Counted from the stretch's first letter, positions 1 to 8,339 are shown. The stretch: DNA of 64,000 bases from Verrucomicrobiia bacterium (GCA_035651635.1 DASRFK010000085.1:34728-98727); one strand, 5' to 3'. Numbers and translations are program-made. The notes: generated by a model from the sequence alone, not told the origin.

Positions 1-623
1 TCCGAGCGGCGCTCAAGGTGAAGTTGCTCCCCCGCTTGAACCAGGGCTGCCAAAGAGCTGGTGCCCATTTTCCTCATTACGTGACCGCGATGGAACTTGA
101 TGGTTTTCTCCGCCGTTCCAAGTTCCGCCGCGATCTGTTTGTTGAGGAGACCGGCGACAACGCATTTCATTACTTCACGTTCGCGTGGGGTGAGCAGCTC
201 ATAGCGTTGCCGCAGGAGCGCCAATTTCGCCTGCTCGGCTCGCGTCGCGCGATCCTGGCGCAGGGCCAGGTCGATGGCATCAAGTAGTTCCTGTTCCCGG
301 AACGGTTTGGTCAGAAACTCGACCGCACCGCCCTTCATCGCCTTCACCGACATCGGAATATCTCCGTGGCCGGTTACGAAGATGACGGGAATTTGGATGC
401 CTGCCCGAGCCATTTCATTTTGCAGGTCGAGCCCGCTCAGGTCGGGCATCCGCACGTCCAGGACAACACATGCTGGCGCATCCGGGCGTTTGGTCCTGAG
501 GAGGCCCGTGGCGGAGGCGAAACTCTGAACCTGCAGCCCGGTCGAGCTAATGAGTCGTTCGGCGGATCGCCGGAAAGACGCATCATCATCCACAACCAGT
601 ACGACTGGCTCAGTTTCGTTCAT
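1..623 (-). CDS. FixJ/NarL-type response regulator (REC + LuxR/GerE HTH); 3' end cut by the window edge
   Basis: Absent from the ORF track because it runs off the window. Reverse-strand translation from ATG at 623..621 gives MNETEPVVLVVDDDASFRRSAERL...VVLDVRMPDLSGLDLQ...[29 protein letters not shown]...[43 protein letters not shown]. There is a 2-nt gap to the stop of the upstream kinase (626), so the two are operonic. Confidence 0.85.
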   Translation of the reverse strand, partial: MNETEPVVLVVDDDASFRRSAERLISSTGLQVQSFASATGLLRTKRPDAPACVVLDVRMPDLSGLDLQNEMARAGIQIPVIFVTGHGDIPMSVKAMKGGAVEFLTKPFREQELLDAIDLALRQDRATRAEQAKLALLRQRYELLTPREREVMKCVVAGLLNKQIAAELGTAEKTIKFHRGHVMRKMGTSSLAALVQAGEQLHLERRS

Positions 624-625
624 AA

Positions 626-3049
626 TCAACTCCTGTTTTCGCGCGAACCGACCGCCGGCAGCAGAAGAAAGAATGTGGCACCCGGGCAGTCGGAATTCAA
701 ACTCGCGGTCAATTTCCCGCCGTGCACTTCGGCAATGGAGAGGCAAATGCGCAGTCCCATGCCCATGCCTTGCGCTTTGGTGGTGTAAAAGGCATCGAAA
801 ATATGTTCAGCCTCTTGCTGGCTGAAACCGCAACCGCGGTCTGCTACTGTGATCAAAATGGCGGGCTTTCCATCCAATTCAGACTGCTGGCACCCGATGG
901 ACAGAACCCGCCGCTCGATGGGCACGTCGCTCATGGCATCGCTGGCGTTTTTTATCAAGTTCAACAGCGCCTGTTGGAGTTGCACACGGTCACCCGACAC
1001 AGCGGGCAGCCTGGGGTCTAACTCGGCGCGCACCATGATCCGGCGTTCAGCTAATTCACGCTGTGCCAGCGCCAGCACGTCCGCCACGACATTCTGGAGT
1101 TGCAACGGCACCAGTTCCGGAGCAGAGCGATTGATGATGGCCCGGATGCGGGCAATGATCGAGCTGGCACGGTTGGCGTCTTTGAGCATGTCTGCGAGGG
1201 CTTCGCGCAGGCCGCGCCAGGCTTCCTTTTTAAGCAGCCGCAAGCAGGCATTGCCATTGTTGACGATGGCTCCGAGGGGTTGATTAATCTCGTGCGCTAA
1301 GGATGCCGTCAACTCGCCCAATGTCGTCATGCGCGCCGCGTGCGACAGTTCCGCCTGAGCTTTCTGCAGTTTTGCCTCGGCGAGCTTCCTTTCGGTCGTA
1401 TCCATCACCAGCCCTACTAAATAGTCCACGGCCCCGTCAGGCCGGCGCAGGCATTTGGCCGCCATTATCGAGTCAATCACCCGGCCATTTTTGCAAATCC
1501 AGCGCTTGTCCAGCTCATACCCATCTATTTCCCCTGCCAATACCCTTTCAAATTGGGCGACGTCACGTGGCAAGTCGTCGGGGTGCGTCATTTCCGCCCA
1601 GGTCTTTTCGAGCAATTCCGCCCGCGAATATCCCAGAATCCGGCACAAGTGATCGTTGACTTCCAAAATTCCCATCGTGGGTGAAGTCATGGCGATTCCG
1701 ATTAAACCCAACTCGAAGTAACTGCGAAAGCGGGCCTCGCTAGCCCGCAAGGCCCGCTCGACGTTTTTGCGCTCGGTAATATCGACGGCAGTCCCGATGT
1801 ACTCGGTGAGGTTGCCAGCCTCGTTAAGAACCGGGTGTGCCCGGGTCTGAACAAAGCGAAGCGCTCCGTTCGCGCAAATGATCCTGTATTCGCTGACAAA
1901 ATCACTTTTTTCAAGGATCGCATGTTCAAAGCTCCGTCGCAGGTGCGGTTCGTCCTCCGGATGAACCATTTGGAAAAACATCTCGGACGAGGGCCTCGCA
2001 TGTTCGGGATCGAGCCCGAAGATTAGGAAGTGTTCTTTCGACCAATGGAGCTCGCCGGTGGAAGCATTCCACGCCCAACTTGCCGTGTGACTGAGCCGTT
2101 GTCCCTCAGCCAGAAACATTTCGCTCCGCCGCAATTTCTCCTCGGTCTGCTTGCGCGGGGTAATGTCTCGGAAGTACACTGCAAGGCCTTCGTCAATGGG
2201 ATAGAGATGTAACTCGAACCAATGGTCCTGGACGATCCTGGAACGAGCCTCGAAGTGAACGGGAACTCGTTGCGTCATCGCCTTGTGATATTCATAATCG
2301 AACACAGTCATCCTGTTCTCGGGGAACACCTCCCAAAAAATCCGGCCGAGTAGCTCATCGCGAGTCTTATGATAAGTGGCGGCGGCCTTCTGATTGACGT
2401 CGATGATTCGCCACTCTCGGTCCAAGGCAAAGAAAGAATCGGTGATGCTTTCCAGAATGTTGGCGATGCGCTGCCGGGCGGCTTCGGCCTCAGCCCGTTT
2501 GCCGCGTTCCAGTTCGGTGGAAACCGTTAAATCCTGATTGCGCTTGTGTTCGGTGAGGTCCGTGACGACTGCGCACAGGATGGGTGAGGCGCTTGCCTGC
2601 GAGGCACTAACCGAAAAATAGACGGGTACCGTCGAGCCAGCTTTGGTCTGAAGCCGGATTTCGCCTTTACCGTGGCCGGTCGGGCCTTGAGTGATGAGCA
2701 ATTTATATTTTGCCAAATCCGCTGGCTGCACCAGGAGATCCATGGACGAGCCGATCGCCTCTTCGAGAGGTATTTTGAGCATGGCCGCGAAGCTGCGGTT
2801 GCAATACACGATTGTCCCGTCGACGGTTAGAGTCACAGCGCCTTCGCTCATGGCTTCCACCATCACCCGGTACGAATGCTCCGCGCTTTCCAGGGAATAG
2901 ACCTGATCGCCGTTCGGCCCGGAGACGACTAACGCATCAACCTCCCCGGAGCGAATGGCGCGCAAGGTCGCTTCGGCGTCTTCCAACAATGCCGTGCGAT
3001 TGGCGATTTGCCGAGGCACACTGCGTTCCGCCTCGTCCTGGTTCTCCAT
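626..3049 (-). CDS. multi-PAS sensor histidine kinase, FixL-like transmitter
   Basis: 807-aa ORF with several PAS/PAC-like segments. H-box is SLAHEINQPLGAI (HExxQPL type, as in FixL/NtrB-like kinases). HATPase motifs are LLNLIKNASDAM, DRGCGF and GMGMGLRICLSI. It sits between kaiB and a FixJ-type regulator. Confidence 0.9.
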   Translation of the reverse strand: MENQDEAERSVPRQIANRTALLEDAEATLRAIRSGEVDALVVSGPNGDQVYSLESAEHSYRVMVEAMSEGAVTLTVDGTIVYCNRSFAAMLKIPLEEAIGSSMDLLVQPADLAKYKLLITQGPTGHGKGEIRLQTKAGSTVPVYFSVSASQASASPILCAVVTDLTEHKRNQDLTVSTELERGKRAEAEAARQRIANILESITDSFFALDREWRIIDVNQKAAATYHKTRDELLGRIFWEVFPENRMTVFDYEYHKAMTQRVPVHFEARSRIVQDHWFELHLYPIDEGLAVYFRDITPRKQTEEKLRRSEMFLAEGQRLSHTASWAWNASTGELHWSKEHFLIFGLDPEHARPSSEMFFQMVHPEDEPHLRRSFEHAILEKSDFVSEYRIICANGALRFVQTRAHPVLNEAGNLTEYIGTAVDITERKNVERALRASEARFRSYFELGLIGIAMTSPTMGILEVNDHLCRILGYSRAELLEKTWAEMTHPDDLPRDVAQFERVLAGEIDGYELDKRWICKNGRVIDSIMAAKCLRRPDGAVDYLVGLVMDTTERKLAEAKLQKAQAELSHAARMTTLGELTASLAHEINQPLGAIVNNGNACLRLLKKEAWRGLREALADMLKDANRASSIIARIRAIINRSAPELVPLQLQNVVADVLALAQRELAERRIMVRAELDPRLPAVSGDRVQLQQALLNLIKNASDAMSDVPIERRVLSIGCQQSELDGKPAILITVADRGCGFSQQEAEHIFDAFYTTKAQGMGMGLRICLSIAEVHGGKLTASLNSDCPGATFFLLLPAVGSRENRS

Positions 3050-3059
3050 GAATCGAGCC

Positions 3060-3389
3060 TTATGGGTTCAGCCCGAGGCTGCTAAGGGTCTGGTTGGTGT
3101 TCGAGAAATTGCCGATCAATCTGCGCAAAGGAAAGGGAAGCCTCTTGATCAACATCGGCGCGGCCGCCACCTGTTCGTCGAAAGCGAGTTGGGGTTGCTG
3201 ATAGATATCGATGATCTGCAGCTCATGTCTTCCAGCCAGGTGCTCCTGGCATATTTTCTTGAGATTGGTGATCGCCTGGAAAGAGATGGGCGAGGCCCCA
3301 CTGATGAATAACTGCAGAACGTATCTTTGCTCGATTGGCGCCGAACGGGCTTGTTCAAATTCCCGGCGAGTCTCTGCCTGGCTGTTCAT
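3060..3389 (-). CDS. kaiB: KaiB-family (thioredoxin-like fold) circadian clock protein homolog
   Basis: 109 aa. The segment YVLQLFISGASPISFQAITNLKKICQEHLAGRHELQIIDIYQQPQLAFDEQVAAAPMLIKRLPFPLRRLIGNFSN is colinear with the cyanobacterial KaiB core (YVLKLYVAG..S..A...L..I......Y.L.VIDV...P.LAE...I.ATPTL.K.LP.P.RRIIGDLS). It is the first gene of the kaiB-kinase-regulator operon. Confidence 0.85.
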   Translation of the reverse strand: MNSQAETRREFEQARSAPIEQRYVLQLFISGASPISFQAITNLKKICQEHLAGRHELQIIDIYQQPQLAFDEQVAAAPMLIKRLPFPLRRLIGNFSNTNQTLSSLGLNP

Positions 3390-3676
3390 AAGTTAATTTC
3401 CACTGCTTGAAGCGCGGCCTTTCTGCCCGCAGGATCGCTCGACGCAGTGAACGGGGGCGCAACACACCGTTGATCGATCCTGGAAAAACTCAGCAAAAGC
3501 GGCTTCATTATTACCGCCTTCGGCCCCGGCCTGCGAGGAGGTGTTGACCCTATTTGCCTTGAGGCGGGCATCGCACGCTTTGGAAAGCGCAAGTGGAGAC
3601 CAATCTGGCGTTTATGCGAGCGAGCCAGCGACGATACGCGTGGTGAGGCTTCCTACAATCGGCTTAACAAGAAATC

Positions 3677-3721
3677 CTAGACCAAGGTCCAGTCGAATTT
3701 GCGCGCCTCAGAGATTAATTT
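3677..3721 (+). promoter_or_regulatory. palindrome-promoter module, copy a (upstream of hsp20)
   Basis: CTAGACCAAGGTCCAG (3677..3692), then CGAATT (3694..3699), a 16-nt spacer and TAATTT (3716..3721). Same geometry as copies b-f. The hsp20 ATG is at 3845. Confidence 0.55.
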
Positions 3722-3767
3722 TCTTCAGTAGGCTGCAAAGAATTGCCTCTGGAGCCCAATCTTGTAG

Positions 3768-3816
3768 GCCGCGTGCCCTCACGCGGCATCCGGTTGCAAT
3801 TTGAAAACACGCTCTT
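3768..3816 (+). repeat. hairpin plus conserved tail shared with the dispersed palindromic element (partial copy) inside the predicted hsp20 leader
   Basis: 8-bp stem GCCGCGTG (3768..3775) / CACGCGGC (3780..3787). Tail TTTGAAAACACGCTCTT (3800..3816) matches the right ends of the elements at 5700..5715 and 40580..40595. Confidence 0.5.
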
Positions 3817-3844
3817 GGAAAAAACGCATACAACGAAAGGAATT

Positions 3845-4330
3845 ATGAAACTAATACGCCGAGATAAACAGGATCGAGGAGCGCTCGCTCAAGAACCAAG
3901 CGGTTTCGCCCCGGGCATGGAGTTGAATCGGCTCCGTCGGGAAATCGACCGGCTGTTCGAAGATCCGTTCAGTCTGCTGACACCCAACACGAGCTTCTTC
4001 CAAAACTGGACACCAGCGGTGGATATCTTTGAGGATAAGGACAAATACATCGTGAAGGCCGAACTACCAGGAATGAGGCGGGAGGACATCGACGTTTCTT
4101 TGGATGGCAATACGCTGACGATCTCGGGAGAACGCAAGCAGGAGCAAGAGAAGCGGGAAGAAGAAAGCTATCGCTCCGAACGGTACTTCGGCCGATTCCA
4201 GCGGAGCATCACGCTGCCAACCGAAGTGCAAGCCAACAAAATTGAAGCCTCGTACAAGGACGGTGTCCTGACGGTTACCCTTCCAAAATCCGAAGAGGCA
4301 AAGCCAAAGCAAATTCAAGTGAAGACATAA
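3845..4330 (+). CDS. Hsp20/alpha-crystallin small heat-shock protein
   Basis: Start moved to ATG 3845 (MKLIRRDK..., AAAGGA Shine-Dalgarno at 3836..3841). ACD motifs: WTPAVDIFEDKDKYIVKAELPGMRREDIDVSLDGNTLTISGER...ERYFGRFQRSITLP...A.YKDGVLTVTLPK. Confidence 0.9.
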   Translation: MKLIRRDKQDRGALAQEPSGFAPGMELNRLRREIDRLFEDPFSLLTPNTSFFQNWTPAVDIFEDKDKYIVKAELPGMRREDIDVSLDGNTLTISGERKQEQEKREEESYRSERYFGRFQRSITLPTEVQANKIEASYKDGVLTVTLPKSEEAKPKQIQVKT

Positions 4331-4401
4331 TTGGAGCTAAATTCTTGTACCAAAACCAACTTGGCAGTCATTGTCTGCCTGGTTAATCCAGAAAACTGAA
4401 T

Positions 4402-4815
4402 ATGAATGCTACACCGGAAACACAAACACCTAATGCCACTCAGAACCGAGAAAATCGTGAGAACCGCGCAGGGAACGGACGTCCGCGTGGGTTTGTAACG
4501 CCTCCGGCCAACATTTCGGCCACTGAGAATGAATACCTGGTCGAGGTTGACATGCCTGGCGTGGACAAGGAAGGGCTTGAACTCACCGTGGAGGGGAACG
4601 AGTTGACCATCATCGGACGACGCCATTCCGACCTGCCTGAAAGCGAACCCTGTTATTGCGAATCACCGCAGGCGGACTACCGGCGGGTCTTTGAGCTGGG
4701 CCCGGATGTGGATACTTCCAGGATTAGCGCCGAAATGAAGCAAGGTGTGTTGAAGCTTCGCTTGCCAAAAAGCGAAAAAGCCAAGCCGAAACACATCGAA
4801 GTCAAAGTAGCCTGA
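4402..4815 (+). CDS. Hsp20/alpha-crystallin small heat-shock protein (second, tandem)
   Basis: 137 aa. Motifs: NISATENEYLVEVDMPGVDKEGLELTVEGNELTIIGRR...YRRVFELG...SAEMKQGVLKLRLPK. Confidence 0.85.
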   Translation: MNATPETQTPNATQNRENRENRAGNGRPRGFVTPPANISATENEYLVEVDMPGVDKEGLELTVEGNELTIIGRRHSDLPESEPCYCESPQADYRRVFELGPDVDTSRISAEMKQGVLKLRLPKSEKAKPKHIEVKVA

Positions 4816-4923
4816 TAACTCTCCATTCGCCGGAGGTGTGGCTGCGCACACGGCCGCACCCTGGCAATGGCGACGGCGTTATGGGTTTGTATCTCCAAAG
4901 GCGAGGGTGGGCGATACAGTGGG

Positions 4924-5319
4924 TCAATGTTCGGGAGGAGGACGGCAAAGCCGCTTCACCGTTTTTCGCAGTATTTCAGCATTCACCGGCTTTTGCAGAA
5001 AAAGCACGCCTAACCTCTTAGCTCGCTGGAAGTCTCCCTCGGTGGTCTTACCGCTCAGGAGAACAAGGGGGAGCTTGTGATTGCCGGATAGCAACTGCTC
5101 CGCAACTTGGAACCCGTTTAGATCCGGCAAGTCAACATCGAGGAGGAGGCACTTACTAGAATATCTGGTCTTCGACGTGAGGAATTGTCGGGCCGATTCA
5201 AAGGTCAGGACCTTAAAACCGAAAGACTGAAGGAGTCTGCGAACGGATGTCCTGAAAGAGACGTCATCGTCAACTACGGAAATGACCAACGCCTCAACGC
5301 TTTTGCGTTTCAAAACCAT
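4924..5319 (-). CDS. single-domain CheY-like response regulator (receiver only)
   Basis: 131 aa. Motifs: VISVVDDDVSFRTSVRRLL, acceptor context CLLLDVDLPDLNG, LLSGK, FLQKP. Confidence 0.8.
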   Translation of the reverse strand: MVLKRKSVEALVISVVDDDVSFRTSVRRLLQSFGFKVLTFESARQFLTSKTRYSSKCLLLDVDLPDLNGFQVAEQLLSGNHKLPLVLLSGKTTEGDFQRAKRLGVLFLQKPVNAEILRKTVKRLCRPPPEH

Positions 5320-5615
5320 ACACCAAGAATTGTAATTGGAACGACAGCAGAGGCTATCGGGTTTCTCCGGGAGTCACACCCGGGGAAAGCCGGAATCGCG
5401 AGGTCAGGGATTACCAGGGGAGAGTGTAGGGCCAAACTATCTCGCGTTTGGCGGAGGGCACGGCCACGGCCATCGGTGAATTAAAGATCCGGTTGGGCCT
5501 TGGCGGGCGCCATCACCACGCTAGCGCCAATGTCGTGACGGCATTCCCATCCACGATGCCCGGGGTGCCAGACCCAAGCGCCGGAGATCCAAATCGCGCC
5601 CGGAAAAGAATGCGG

Positions 5616-5716
5616 TTTGGAGTCCCGCCTTTAGGCGGTTTGGCGTCGGGCCGCCTAAAGGCGGGACTCCAAACCCAGGTGCCCACGACCAAGCCGAGGT
5701 TTAAAACACGCTCTTA
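5616..5716. repeat. dispersed palindromic (REP/MITE-like) element, copy 1 (left end missing)
   Basis: Perfect 23-bp inverted repeat TTTGGAGTCCCGCCTTTAGGCGG (5616..5638) / CCGCCTAAAGGCGGGACTCCAAA (5651..5673). It is followed by CCCAGGTGCCCA.GNCCAAGCCGAGGTTTAAAACACGCTCTT, near-identical to 40496..40595. Confidence 0.8.
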
Positions 5717-5734
5717 GTCCTCTCAGAAGCTCAA

Positions 5735-5750
5735 CTGGGCCAAGGGCCAG
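5735..5750 (+). promoter_or_regulatory. palindrome copy g (operator-only, distal site upstream of the M50 protease gene)
   Basis: CTGGGCCAAGGGCCAG. No acceptable -10 box at the phase used by the other copies. A third degenerate site in reverse orientation lies at 5777..5792 (revcomp CAGGGCCAAGGGTCTC). Confidence 0.4.
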
Positions 5751-5798
5751 TCAAAATTCATACGTATCCATTGCGAGAGACCCTTGGCCCTGGTGGGA

Positions 5799-5843
5799 CT
5801 GGCCCAAGGTCCAGGCGAATTCCTGTTCCTCGAATGTTAGTCT
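5799..5843 (+). promoter_or_regulatory. palindrome-promoter module, copy b (upstream of M50-CBS protease)
   Basis: CTGGCCCAAGGTCCAG (5799..5814), CGAATT (5816..5821), 16-nt spacer, TAGTCT (5838..5843). ATG at 5881. Confidence 0.6.
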
Positions 5844-5880
5844 TTGCCCGTAGGGATTTGTTTACCGAGAGCATCTATTT

Positions 5881-6981
5881 ATGAAGTGGTCGGTAAGACT
5901 TGTTCGCATCGGCGGGATTGATATAAAGATTCACGCTACCTTTCTGATTTTTTTGGCGTGGATCGCTTTCACTTATTACCAACAGGGCGGGAGCCAAGTG
6001 GCCGTCCAGGGAACTCTGTTTGTAGCGCTGCTGTTTCTCTGCGTTCTCTTGCATGAATTGGGGCACGCGCTCACTGCCCGGTCATTTGGAATACGCACAC
6101 CGGACATTACCTTGCTGCCAATCGGCGGGGTGGCCAGGCTGGAACGCATTCCCGATCAGCCCAAACAGGAGCTTCTCATCGCGATCGCCGGCCCGCTCGT
6201 CAACGTGGCCATCGCCGCAGTCTTAATTTTTGCGTTGAAAGCGGAGGCTGCCTGGTCCGATTTGGGGGACTTGAACACCCCGCGAGTGGCGCTGCTGGCC
6301 AAACTGGCTTCGGTCAATGTGTTCCTGGTGCTGTTCAATCTTATTCCGGCTTTCCCGATGGATGGGGGGCGAGTGTTGCGGGCTTTGCTGGCGATGCGAA
6401 TGAACTATGCGCGGGCCACGCATGTCGCGGCTACGGTGGGCCAAGGACTGGCATTCGTGTTCGGACTGATCGGTCTGTTGTACAATCCGATGCTCCTGTT
6501 CATCGCGCTCTTCGTATACCTGGGAGCCACGCAGGAAGCTGCGATGGCCCATTTAAAGGACATCAGCAGCGGCATGACGGTCTCCGAGGCAATGCTCGTC
6601 GATCCCAAGACCTTGCCGGCCACGGCGACTCTTGAAGAAGCGGCGGAAGCGGTGTTGCGTACAAGCCAGCATACCTTCGTCGTGCTGGATGAGGACGATC
6701 GCGTGGCAGGGATCCTGACGCGAGGCGAAATCATTTCGGCTTTTCACCAGCGAGGCGGTGCGACTCGCGTCAATCAGGTGATGCACCGTGATGTGCCCGC
6801 CGTCCGAGCGGCGGATCGTTTGGATGACGCCCTCTCGCGCATGCAGGCGGCCGGTTACCCGGCCTTGCCGGTGGTTGATGACTCGGGACGTCTGGCGGGA
6901 TTGATTACCGACGAACGCCTCGAGGAGATCATGATGATGCGATCGCCTCGGCCCGGGGAGGCCAGACCGCGCGCGGCATAA
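5881..6981 (+). CDS. M50-family site-2 metalloprotease with C-terminal CBS pair
   Basis: HELGH zinc motif (LLHELGHALTA), second motif NLIPAFPMDGGRVLRA, multiple TM helices, two CBS-like repeats at the C terminus (...VVLDEDDRVAGILTRGEII... and ...LPVVDDSGRLAGLITDERL...). Confidence 0.9.
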   Translation: MKWSVRLVRIGGIDIKIHATFLIFLAWIAFTYYQQGGSQVAVQGTLFVALLFLCVLLHELGHALTARSFGIRTPDITLLPIGGVARLERIPDQPKQELLIAIAGPLVNVAIAAVLIFALKAEAAWSDLGDLNTPRVALLAKLASVNVFLVLFNLIPAFPMDGGRVLRALLAMRMNYARATHVAATVGQGLAFVFGLIGLLYNPMLLFIALFVYLGATQEAAMAHLKDISSGMTVSEAMLVDPKTLPATATLEEAAEAVLRTSQHTFVVLDEDDRVAGILTRGEIISAFHQRGGATRVNQVMHRDVPAVRAADRLDDALSRMQAAGYPALPVVDDSGRLAGLITDERLEEIMMMRSPRPGEARPRAA

Positions 6982-7030
6982 TTCTGGTCATGAGTTGCAG
7001 ATAAATGCCTTTATGACCGTCTCCTGAGAT

Positions 7031-7759
7031 ATGTTCCCCATCCGGGATTCCATTCCAACGCGATCGGTGCCGGTGGTGACGCGTGCGATAATCCTGATTA
7101 ACGTCCTGGTGTTTTGCCTCGAGTTGGCGCTCCCGCCCGAGACGCTGGACCGGTTCCTTTCTTTGTTCGGCATTGTGCCGGCGCGTTTGATCCATCCCGA
7201 CTGGGCAGCCACAGTGGGTTTCCCCGGTGGTGCTTACTGGACACTCCTGACGCACCAATTTCTGCATGGCGGCTGGCTGCATATCATCAGCAATATGTGG
7301 GCGCTCTGGATCTTCGGTGACAACGTCGAGGATGCCATGGGAGGTCGGCGGTTCGCTTTGTTTTACCTGACCTGCGGCATATTGGCGGCGCTGACCCAAG
7401 TAATGACCCAACCGGACTCCAGGGTGCCTTCCATTGGCGCTTCGGGCGCCATCGCGGGTGTGCTGGGGGCCTATTTCCTGCTCTATCCCACGGCGCGGAT
7501 GGTGGTGCTCCTGCCGATATTTTTCTTTCCATTTTTCTTCGAGGTTCCGGCCGTGTTGTACCTGGGGGTGTGGTTTCTCACTCAATTGTTCAGCGGCACA
7601 TTGGCGTTGGCCTCCCCCGAGGAGGCAGGCGGCATCGCGTTTTGGGCGCACATTGGCGGGTTCTTGTCAGGGATGCTTTTGTGCGCCTTGTTTGTTCAAC
7701 GCGGCCGGCGGCGGCTTCAACCGGACGAATACGGACTCGAGTGGGCCTGGCGTCGGTGA
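7031..7759 (+). CDS. rhomboid-family intramembrane serine protease
   Basis: HGGWLHIISNMWALWIFG, catalytic GASGAIAGVLGAYF, catalytic His context WAHIGGFLSGMLL. About 6 TM segments. Confidence 0.9.
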   Translation: MFPIRDSIPTRSVPVVTRAIILINVLVFCLELALPPETLDRFLSLFGIVPARLIHPDWAATVGFPGGAYWTLLTHQFLHGGWLHIISNMWALWIFGDNVEDAMGGRRFALFYLTCGILAALTQVMTQPDSRVPSIGASGAIAGVLGAYFLLYPTARMVVLLPIFFFPFFFEVPAVLYLGVWFLTQLFSGTLALASPEEAGGIAFWAHIGGFLSGMLLCALFVQRGRRRLQPDEYGLEWAWRR

Positions 7760-7840
7760 ACTGAACCACGGAAAAGTTCTCATGAACCCAACCACCACTG
7801 CCTTCCTGTCTCGAGCCGAGGCTTTGTCCGAACATCAGCG

Positions 7841-7996
7841 ATGGCATCTTCCCGTGTTCTCGCAGCCGCCCAGGCCCAAGGCGACTTTAACCTGCTGGCG
7901 GAACGACATCGGCGGACGCTTCGGGTGCATGTCGGCGGCGATGTGCGGCGTGGTCTGGTTACGCTCTCCGAGCAGGTTAGCGGCGCTTTGAAATAA
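7841..7996 (+). CDS. possible small ORF (51 aa), below the ORF-track length cutoff
   Basis: Own translation: [51 protein letters not shown]. It fills the gap between the rhomboid and gnd-like genes. No recognisable family and no clear Shine-Dalgarno. Confidence 0.25.
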   Translation: MASSRVLAAAQAQGDFNLLAERHRRTLRVHVGGDVRRGLVTLSEQVSGALK

Positions 7997-8018
7997 CACC
8001 CCACCGGGACGCAATATT

Positions 8019-8339
8019 ATGCAGATCGGCACGGTTGGACTCGGCCGGATGGGCGCTAATATGGTGCGACGCCTGATGAGGCACGGCCACGAAACTGTCG
8101 TCTATGACCGCAGCTCGGAGAAAGTCGAGTCGTTGGCGAATTTCACCGGAGTCGTAACCGAATCGGGCGAAGCTCGCGGGACAATCCAGGCGGCACTGGA
8201 AGAAACGGTGCCAGTGGAGCTCCTTTCTGCCGCGCTCTACACTCGCTTTCGTTCGCGTCAACCTCACACGTTCGCTGAAAAAATGCTCTCAGCGATGCGC
8301 CAGAAGTTTGGCGGTCATCTCGAACAAGTCCAGGGTTAG
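8019..8339 (+). pseudogene. internally deleted 6-phosphogluconate dehydrogenase (decarboxylating, Gnd/YqeC-like) remnant
   Basis: 106 aa. The N-terminal Rossmann start [30 protein letters not shown] is joined in frame to the typical C-terminal tail ...[52 protein letters not shown]. Compared with ~300-340-aa family members, a central block on the order of 200 residues or more is missing. Confidence 0.65.

Noticed and set aside
3743-3844. N-terminal extensions of track ORFs (hsp20 from 3743; also 51209..51379, 54905..55072, 51629..51679, 18207..18320, 21119..21172, 28613..28654, 32958..32984, 13427..13519)
   Set aside because: The extensions run through repeat elements or lack family similarity. 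Internal ATGs give canonical N termini or signal peptides, usually with a better Shine-Dalgarno.
4362-4378. TGGCAGTCATTGTCTGC between the two hsp20 genes as a sigma54 promoter
   Set aside because: The GC element is 2 nt out of register with the GG. It is more simply a 5-bp GGCAG/CTGCC hairpin.
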